In this document: piece by piece, positions 25,656 through 32,000 of the stretch | How positions within the stretch are numbered: position 1 is the first letter of the stretch | Layout of the letters: every line of letters begins with the position of its first letter | Assembly (NCBI RefSeq): GCF_900199515.1 | Contig: NZ_LT963434.1 | Span: forward strand, 2,058,367 to 2,090,366 | Source of the DNA: Massilicoli timonensis | GTDB lineage: Bacteria; Bacillota_I; Bacilli_A; Erysipelotrichales; Erysipelotrichaceae | Direction: 5' to 3' | DNA: 32,000 bases | Translations under genes and position numbers: made by a program | The notes under the pieces: generated by a model | What the model saw: the letters and a program-made list of their open reading frames with translations, nothing else | What the model was told of the DNA's origin: nothing | Database searches by the model: none

Positions 25656-25990
25656 AGAGGAAAGTTGTAATCTGCCGGTGCATATTGGTTTATCGCATCT
25701 AAACATTCAATGAAAATGTGGTATCTTTATAAAACTGCCGCAGCACTTAACACTATGGGGCAGGTCTTGCTCCTTTCCGCTTAACCACTTTTTACAGAAG
25801 AAAAAATGAATGAGATACAAATCATTACCTTTCCTGATAAAAACAGGTGTTGGTTGTCGCTTTTCATCGTTTCCGCTTCAGTTTTAATTCCTGCTGTTTC
25901 CCTCTATAAAAAACAGAACAAATGCGGTATAATAGTTAAATCGTAGTGCTGTGTCAAGCAACCGTTATGAGAAACAAAGGAGCGTAAGAG

Positions 25991-26929
25991 ATGAAGGAAT
26001 ATTTAGAATATTTAACAAAACATTTGCCGGTGCGCTTTTCTAAACGCCAAAAGCAAAACGCTGCCGCATGGATCAGCGATGAAATGGAAAAGCAGGGATA
26101 TCTATGTGAAACGATCCGGCATAAAAAATACTTTACGAGTGTCAGAAATATCGTGGCAGGCAATCTGAAGCAGGCCAAGACGATCATCGTCGTCCCTTAT
26201 GACACACCTTCCAGAGTATTCTGGCATAAGTTTCTGTATTATCCTTTAGACGGCAATTTATCTGCAAGAAAATCACTGTTTCCGATGTATGTGCCGATTT
26301 TTCTGCTTTATTTTTTGATGCTGGCGTTGATGTATGGCATTCCTTATTTCATGCCGACCCCGGAGGCAGTCAGCGCTGCTTATATCGCGGGAATCGTGCT
26401 GCTGGTTTTGATCGTAGCACTTTTGGCAAAAGGCATCCCTACCAGAAAAAATGCGATCTATCATGCCGGTGTTGCGACAGCACTGGAACTGGCGGCTTCG
26501 CTTGAAAAAGAACAAAAGCGAAATGTCGCATTTGTCTTTACCGATCAAAACAGCGGTAAATTTTACGGTGCTTATTATGTAAGACTGCGGTTAGATGAAT
26601 TGAAAAAAAGTGCGCAGGTCATCACTTTGAATGGCGTCGGTGCCGGAGGCGAATTGGTGATCGGCTATACCAAGGGACAGAAAAAGAATGCCCAGGAACT
26701 GATCAAGGCGGCGGGCAAGCATCATCGCGTTGCATCGAAAAGCATGGATAGCGAGATGCTGGTGCAGTCCGCAATGCAGTATTTTCCAAAAGGCATCGTG
26801 GTGGCGAGCGGTGTTTATGATGAAAAACACAATCTGTATATCGATCGTTTACGCCGCAATCATGATGATCAGGTAGATGAAAAACAGCTGGAAGTCATCG
26901 TTTCCATGCTGAAAAACAATCAGAAATAA
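25991..26929 (+). CDS. Membrane protein with degenerate M28-peptidase-like fold
   Basis: 312 aa, RBS AAAGGAG. Segments NIVAGNLKQAKTIIVVPYDTP, AGVATALELAASL and VAFVFTDQNSGKFYGAYYV resemble M28 aminopeptidase blocks, but the metal ligands appear substituted. Two TM helices are inserted between the blocks. Confidence 0.45.
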   Translation: MKEYLEYLTKHLPVRFSKRQKQNAAAWISDEMEKQGYLCETIRHKKYFTSVRNIVAGNLKQAKTIIVVPYDTPSRVFWHKFLYYPLDGNLSARKSLFPMYVPIFLLYFLMLALMYGIPYFMPTPEAVSAAYIAGIVLLVLIVALLAKGIPTRKNAIYHAGVATALELAASLEKEQKRNVAFVFTDQNSGKFYGAYYVRLRLDELKKSAQVITLNGVGAGGELVIGYTKGQKKNAQELIKAAGKHHRVASKSMDSEMLVQSAMQYFPKGIVVASGVYDEKHNLYIDRLRRNHDDQVDEKQLEVIVSMLKNNQK

Positions 26930-27010
26930 AATCGTGCGGTGTGATAACATACAGCAATCGCGATCGTATCAAACAACCGAAACGAAAAAAGGAAAGGAGG
27001 AAGAAATAAG

Positions 27011-28549
27011 ATGTTTAAGAAACTGATGAATATTTTAACCAGCAAACCGGCTATCGTGGCGATGCTGATCTTGGTTCAGTTGATTATATTGGGAAGTGTC
27101 GTATTTACATTAAGCGAATACTTTATTACTTTCTATTTCTTCCTTTTATTTTTGAGCGTCGTCATGAGTATTTATGTCATTAACAAAGATGACAATCCGA
27201 ATTATAAGATGACATGGGTGATGTGCATTATGTCATTTCCGGTATTCGGCGGCTTGCTTTATTTATTATTCGGCGGCAAGAAGGTACCAAAGGAGCTGCG
27301 GGTGCGTGATTATTTTTCTCAGCGCGATATCAGCGATATCTTGGGACAGGAGCATCGGATCTTAGATGATCTGAAAGAACACGATCCGGCAGCGCACAAA
27401 CAGGCGCGCTATGTTTGGAAAAATGCGCATTTCCCTATTTACGACCATACCGAAACGACTTATTTCAAAGTCGGCGAAGAGAAATTTACAGCGCTGTTAC
27501 AGGAATTGAAGCAGGCGAAGCGCTACATCTTTCTGGAATACTTTATCATCCAGGAGGGCAAGATGTGGAATGCGGTGCTGGATATCTTAAAGGCCAAGGT
27601 TCAAGCAGGCGTCGATGTCAGATTGATGTATGACGACGCAGGCTGTATCTTCAAACTGCCGAAGGACTATGATAAGACCCTTCGCGCATATGGCATCAAG
27701 ACCAAAGTATTCAACCCGATCGAACCGCGTTTGGCGATGCAGATGAACAACCGCGATCATCGTAAGATCGTGGTGATCGACGGTGTAGTCGGCTTTACCG
27801 GCGGCATCAATTTGGCAGATGAATATATCAATATCAATTCGCCGTATGGGCATTGGAAAGATGTGGGGGTCATGCTGAAGGGTGCGGCGGTCTGGAATTT
27901 CACGTTGATGTTCTTGCAGTTTTGGAATTATGATGAAAAGATCAAAGATGATTATTTGTCTTATCAGCCGGATCCCGCCTTTTGTGAAAACATGCGAAAT
28001 GATGGGTATGTGCAGCCGTTTTCCGACAGCCCTACTGACAGCGAACATGTCGGCGAATACAGTCATATCAATATGATCAATGGAGCCAATCACTATGTGT
28101 ATGCGCAGACCCCGTATTTGATCATTGACAATGAAATGAAGACATCGCTGGTGCTGGCTGCCAAAAACGGAATTGATGTGCGCATCATGGTGCCGCATAT
28201 TCCGGATAAGCGCTATGCCTTTATGATCACGCGCGCCAATTACGAAGTGCTGTTAAAGGCAGGAGTGAAGATCTATGAATACACACCGGGCTTCATTCAT
28301 GCAAAGACCTTTGTAACCGATGATAAAATGGCGATCATCGGCACGATCAATATGGATTATCGCAGCTATTATCTGCATTATGAGTGCGGTGTGTGGTTTT
28401 ATAAAAGCAGTGTTGTGAATGCTTTGAAACTGGATTATCTGGATACACTCGCCAAATGCCATCAGGTAACGCTGAAAGAAGTGCAGAATGTAAGGCTGCC
28501 GGTGCGCATGATGCGGGCGATCCTCAATCTGCTTGCACCGATGATGTAG
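27011..28549 (+). CDS. cls: Cardiolipin synthase (PLD superfamily, two HKD motifs)
   Basis: 512 aa with N-terminal TM helices. HKD motifs HRKIVVIDG and HAKTFVTDD. Typical Firmicutes Cls architecture. Confidence 0.9.
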   Translation: MFKKLMNILTSKPAIVAMLILVQLIILGSVVFTLSEYFITFYFFLLFLSVVMSIYVINKDDNPNYKMTWVMCIMSFPVFGGLLYLLFGGKKVPKELRVRDYFSQRDISDILGQEHRILDDLKEHDPAAHKQARYVWKNAHFPIYDHTETTYFKVGEEKFTALLQELKQAKRYIFLEYFIIQEGKMWNAVLDILKAKVQAGVDVRLMYDDAGCIFKLPKDYDKTLRAYGIKTKVFNPIEPRLAMQMNNRDHRKIVVIDGVVGFTGGINLADEYININSPYGHWKDVGVMLKGAAVWNFTLMFLQFWNYDEKIKDDYLSYQPDPAFCENMRNDGYVQPFSDSPTDSEHVGEYSHINMINGANHYVYAQTPYLIIDNEMKTSLVLAAKNGIDVRIMVPHIPDKRYAFMITRANYEVLLKAGVKIYEYTPGFIHAKTFVTDDKMAIIGTINMDYRSYYLHYECGVWFYKSSVVNALKLDYLDTLAKCHQVTLKEVQNVRLPVRMMRAILNLLAPMM

Positions 28550-28617
28550 CGACCGCGGCTTGCTTTTTTCAAGCTGTTTGATTACAATGAATGCCATAAA
28601 GATAAGGAGATAGAACG

Positions 28618-29478
28618 ATGTTAGAACAAGTTGGACTTATTTGCGAAGGCGGAGGGACAAAAGCAGCGTACACCTCAGGGGTGTTACAGTGCTTCCTCGA
28701 TCATGAATTATATTTTCCTTATGCGGTAGGAATCAGCGCAGGAGCGGAGAACCTGCTTCCTTATGTATCGCGGCAAAGAGAACGTCTGCGTGTAACCGGA
28801 GTGGACAGCGCATCGCAGAAGGGTGCGGTAGGATTGTCGCCGCTGATCCATGAACACGGTGTGTTTGGGATCGAAGCGACGTTTCAATTCATCGAGCGCA
28901 ATGCGCCGCTGGATTATGAAACCTTTGCATCCAGCAGTACGCGTTTAGACATCGGTGTTTATAATATGGAAACCAATCAAGTGGAGTATTATGACAAAAG
29001 CTATTATACAAAAAACGATCAGAATTTGGTGAAAGCGGCTTGTGCGCTGCTGCTTTTGACAAAACCATATCGGTTTTTGAATGGATTATATATGGATGCG
29101 GGGCTGATCGACATGATCCCGATCGAACAGTCGATTCGTCAAGGCAATCGCAAGCATGTATTCATTTCGACAAAGGAAGCAAATTATGTGCGCAAACCGG
29201 CGCCGAAATGGCAGCTGCGGCTTTGTTCACTCGTATATCCGAAAAATAAAGCGATCCGCAAAAATCTGGAAAAGCGTCATGAACGCTATCAGGAGCAATG
29301 GGATCTGATTACCCGTTTGGAGAAAGAAGGGAAAGCGCTCGTATTGCGGCCAAGCGCCGATTATGGCATTACCCGCTATACCAATGATCAGGAAGCGCTG
29401 CAGAAGTGGTTTGATCTAGGATATCGCGATACTAAGGAACGACTGGATCAGATCATCCGATTCGTAAGTGAAGAATAA
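28618..29478 (+). CDS. Patatin-like phospholipase
   Basis: Oxyanion-hole motif CEGGGTKAAY, nucleophile elbow GISAGA (GxSxG) and catalytic DAG (MDAGLID). RBS AAGGAG. Confidence 0.85.
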   Translation: MLEQVGLICEGGGTKAAYTSGVLQCFLDHELYFPYAVGISAGAENLLPYVSRQRERLRVTGVDSASQKGAVGLSPLIHEHGVFGIEATFQFIERNAPLDYETFASSSTRLDIGVYNMETNQVEYYDKSYYTKNDQNLVKAACALLLLTKPYRFLNGLYMDAGLIDMIPIEQSIRQGNRKHVFISTKEANYVRKPAPKWQLRLCSLVYPKNKAIRKNLEKRHERYQEQWDLITRLEKEGKALVLRPSADYGITRYTNDQEALQKWFDLGYRDTKERLDQIIRFVSEE

Positions 29479-29543
29479 AAAGGTATCTCGTTCAGGCATG
29501 TAAAGAACAGATGGTACAAAGTACAGTATGAAACAAAGAAAAA

Positions 29544-29613
29544 GGTGTCTTTGGCAAGCAGATCCGTAAAACCGATAGGAGTTTTGGATCTATTGCAAGA
29601 GACGCCTTTTTTT
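29544..29613 (+). terminator. Long intrinsic terminator after the patatin gene
   Basis: GGTGTCTTTGGCAA (29544-29557) pairs with TTGCAAGAGACGCC (29593-29606). There is an inner AGATCC/GGATCT helix and a T7 tail. Confidence 0.7.
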
Positions 29614-29757
29614 GGTTAAGATAAAAATATTAGCGAAAAAACATTGATTGAAAAAGCAAGCGCCGGGAAAGAGAAATTGTAAATCAAACAGTTTTAAGCG
29701 ATGTGCTGCGTGAGATGTTTCTCAAAACATAGCTCTGTGATTTTCCTTGTGGGTTTC

Positions 29758-30240
29758 TCAAAGATCATTTTTCAAAATATTTGTCAAAATCGTTTCGATG
29801 ATCATGACGCATGCACGCAAAAAGTGTTCATCTTCTGCTTGAAAACGGTCGTATTTTGGAGAATCGATGTCCAATACCGCAAATACTTCGTCATGGATGA
29901 TGATCGGCAGGACGATTTCAGAATTGCTGGCGCTGTCGCAGGCGATATGTCCTTTGAAAGCATGCACATTGGCGATCCTTTGTACTTTGCGTTTGGCATA
30001 GGCGCTGCCGCAGACGCCTTTGCCTTTTGCGATCTTGACACAGGCGGGCTTTCCTTGAAAGGCACTTAACTGCAAAGCGCCGTTTTTTACAATATAGAAG
30101 CCGACCCAGTTGATGTCTTCCAGCACCTCGTTGAGAAAGGCGCTGGTATTGGCAAACAGCGAAACGACATCGTCGATCTCTTCACACAGTGCTTGCAACT
30201 GCTGGCACAGGCGCGTATCTTTATCGGATTGATGGATCAT
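29758..30240 (-). CDS. msrC: GAF-domain free methionine-(R)-sulfoxide reductase (YebR/MsrC type)
   Basis: 160 aa. WVGFY...FQGKPACVKIAKGKGVCG...GHIACDSASNSEIVLPI matches the fRMsr GAF signature with conserved Cys residues. RBS AGGAGG. Confidence 0.8.
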   Translation of the reverse strand: MIHQSDKDTRLCQQLQALCEEIDDVVSLFANTSAFLNEVLEDINWVGFYIVKNGALQLSAFQGKPACVKIAKGKGVCGSAYAKRKVQRIANVHAFKGHIACDSASNSEIVLPIIIHDEVFAVLDIDSPKYDRFQAEDEHFLRACVMIIETILTNILKNDL

Positions 30241-30467
30241 GGTATTCCTCCTAGCTTGTTATTGATCAGATGGCATTTTATTTGATTCGGTAGTTGATCA
30301 TGAATAAAAAGGATAGTCGAAAAATGACCAAACACACTGCGGCGAATGAAACCGATCAGCTGCTTTCTATGCATCTATTGGTCAGTGTCCATCCTTTTCT
30401 ATTGTTATCATAACAGATAATCGTAAGAATAAACAGAGGGGCGATCACAAATCAGCAGCAGGCTGTT

Positions 30468-30492
30468 ATAAAAAAGGGAACAAAAAGTTCCC
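30468..30492 (-). terminator. Intrinsic terminator of the CotF-like operon
   Basis: On the minus strand, GGGAAC-TTTTT-GTTCCC followed by T7. Confidence 0.65.
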
Positions 30493-30542
30493 GCTGTTTG
30501 TGTTTTGGGCATTTGACTGTTAGCAGCATATGCCTGCTATGC

Positions 30543-30824
30543 CTATAAATTTTCCGCTTTTTTAGAAAACTTTGTATAGATCTTGGAAATGGCCGGCGCT
30601 TTTTCAGCGGTTGGATGGTACCAGCCTTGCTTTACCATCGCATCATATACATCGCGCTGTACGCTTGAGATCTTGTCATACAATTTTTTTGCTTGTGTGT
30701 ATAATTCCGGGGTTCCGGCCTCCTGCGTCAATAGATTGAATTCTGATTTCAGATGCTTGAGTGTTCCCAGCATTTCGCTGATGACTGCCTGCTCACAGTA
30801 TCCGTTGTTTTGTTCCTTTGCCAT
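30543..30824 (-). CDS. CotF-domain (spore coat protein F-like) protein
   Basis: 93 aa with the helical pattern ...VQRDVYDAMVKQGWYHPTAEKA... characteristic of small Coat-F proteins. Strong SD GAGGAGG inside the upstream gene. Confidence 0.6.
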   Translation of the reverse strand: MAKEQNNGYCEQAVISEMLGTLKHLKSEFNLLTQEAGTPELYTQAKKLYDKISSVQRDVYDAMVKQGWYHPTAEKAPAISKIYTKFSKKAENL

Positions 30825-31025
30825 TTAGTTTACCTCCTCGATGATGGAAAGCATCGTCTGATAAAGCTGTTTGATGTCTTTCATCACTTTTTTGTGTGTG
30901 GTCTTTAATTCCGGGGTTGTCAGTAAGGCGCTTTCTTCTTCAAAACGCTTCAGACAGGTGAAGGTCTGATTTAGGAGATCTTCCAGATATAAGCAGTCTT
31001 TCGGTGTTAATAGTGTAATATTCAT
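30825..31025 (-). CDS. Small helical protein, partner of the CotF-like gene
   Basis: 66 aa from ATG 31025 (MNITLLTPKDCLYLEDLLNQ...) after AGGAGC. Its stop directly abuts the CotF start. The longer 126-aa ORF version lacks an SD. Confidence 0.5.
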   Translation of the reverse strand: MNITLLTPKDCLYLEDLLNQTFTCLKRFEEESALLTTPELKTTHKKVMKDIKQLYQTMLSIIEEVN

Positions 31026-31138
31026 TGTGCGTTCGCTCCTTTCAATTACAGTTTGTCCAGCCATGAAATTCCTATACATGAAATCTGTTATCTGCCGCAA
31101 AAGTCTGCTATAATATAAAAACGAGCGAGGTGAACGGC

Positions 31139-31675
31139 ATGCTGAAAGAAAAAGACTATGTATATATTCAAAGCTATAAGCATGACGGCAGTTTGCATCG
31201 GACATGGATCAAGGGCTTTGTGATCGAAGTAAGCAAAGAACGGATCGTCGCCGTAACCGATCGTGCCTGTGTAGTGGAAAGCGATGGCCGCAGATGGATC
31301 ACCCGAGAACCGGCAATCTGCTTTTTTTATCCGAATCAGTGGTTTAATGTGATCAGCATGATCCGCAAGACCGGTATCCATTATTATTGCAATTTGGCTT
31401 CCCCCAGCATTTATGATGGAGAAGCGATCAAGAATATCGACTATGATCTGGATGTGAAAGTACATCCGGACGGCAGTTACTTGATCTTAGATGAAGATGA
31501 GTATGCCCAGCATGGAGCGGAAATGGGATACAGCGAGCAATTAAAGCGGGCGATCGGGCTGGAAATGGAGAAATTGATCAAAAAAATCGAACGGCGTGAA
31601 AGTCCGTTTGATGAAAAAGAGATCGAACAGTTATACCGGCGTTATCAGTATTTATCGAAACATAACGGAAAATAG
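31139..31675 (+). CDS. ntdP: DUF402/UPF0374 nucleoside tri-/diphosphate phosphatase (YgaC/Ntdp family)
   Basis: MLKEKDYVYIQSYKHDGSLHRTW... and YYCNLASP...IDYDLDVKV are typical of the family. SD GAGGTG precedes ATG 31139. Confidence 0.75.
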   Translation: MLKEKDYVYIQSYKHDGSLHRTWIKGFVIEVSKERIVAVTDRACVVESDGRRWITREPAICFFYPNQWFNVISMIRKTGIHYYCNLASPSIYDGEAIKNIDYDLDVKVHPDGSYLILDEDEYAQHGAEMGYSEQLKRAIGLEMEKLIKKIERRESPFDEKEIEQLYRRYQYLSKHNGK

Positions 31676-31727
31676 AAGAAGTAAAAGGCGTAATTTGCAT
31701 AAAAAGCGAAAAAAATAAAAAAAGGGA

Positions 31728-31757
31728 TTGACATAAGGGGAAAGAATTTGATATTAT
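31728..31757 (+). promoter_or_regulatory. rRNA operon promoter
   Basis: A-rich UP-like region (31700-31727), TTGACA 31728-31733, 18-nt spacer ending in TGA, TATTAT 31752-31757. About 125 nt upstream of the 16S start. Confidence 0.6.
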
Positions 31758-31882
31758 AAGCGAGCACCGAAAAGGGGTGCGAGAAGTCGGTCTTTGAAAA
31801 CTAAACAGGAAAACGTCAATTCAAACCCGAATCGAAATGATTCAAGAAAAAGGAAAAGGACGCTAGAAAGCGTAGAGCTAAA

Positions 31883-32000
<118 letters not shown>

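Noticed and set aside
25806-25946. 46-codon ORF (MNEIQIITF...) in the 400-bp gap after the surface-protein gene
   Set aside because: It has no SD and contains the likely TATAAT (about 25927-25932) of the downstream gene. This is not enough to call a gene.
27587-28198. 203-aa minus-strand ORF inside cls
   Set aside because: It is antisense to cardiolipin synthase, which has both HKD motifs intact. It is a shadow ORF.
27011-29478. PLD-family plus patatin genes as an anti-phage effector pair (CBASS/other defence)
   Set aside because: The PLD protein has the full N-terminal TM + dual-HKD cardiolipin synthase architecture. No cyclase, sensor, nuclease or other defence partner is nearby, so housekeeping lipid metabolism is the better reading.
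29701-30069. 122-aa plus-strand ORF
   Set aside because: It is antisense to the GAF/fRMsr gene, whose conserved motifs are unambiguous.
31088-31465. 125-aa minus-strand ORF
   Set aside because: It is antisense to the DUF402/Ntdp CDS and overlaps the divergent promoter region, so it is a shadow ORF.

Overview
Chromosomal segment of a medium-GC Bacillota genome. The 16S rRNA 5' end near 31.88 kb (GGCGGCATGCCTAATACATGCAAGTCGAACGG) looks Erysipelotrichia/Bacilli-like; I cannot make a finer call by eye. About 30 CDS are supported. They include two paralogous marR + heterodimeric ABC exporter operons (376-4394 on +, 16761-21304 on -) and a flavodoxin/nitroreductase pair. A CsbB-type GT2 / GtrA / YfhO envelope-glycosylation operon sits beside a divergent OmpR/histidine-kinase pair and a convergent PIG-L deacetylase. 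Further along are a CBS-domain family II pyrophosphatase followed by an ANT(6)/AadK-like aminoglycoside nucleotidyltransferase, azlCD, an XRE regulator and a 685-aa wall-anchored beta-helix-repeat surface protein. The last third holds an M28-like membrane protein + cardiolipin synthase + patatin phospholipase cluster, a GAF-type free Met-R-sulfoxide reductase, a CotF-like pair, a DUF402/Ntdp phosphatase and the start of an rrn operon. I saw no transposase, integrase, CRISPR array, tRNA or recognisable defence system. The most unusual content is two simple-sequence repeats in expression-control positions of envelope-protein genes. (AT)10 forms the entire -35/-10 spacer of a lipoprotein promoter (16021-16040). 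(AAGC)15 lies in the transcribed leader of the surface-protein gene (23328-23390), inside a 29-codon leader ORF and upstream of a strong terminator-like hairpin. Hand frame analysis suggests a repeat-number-dependent attenuation switch; that mechanism is inference and untested.
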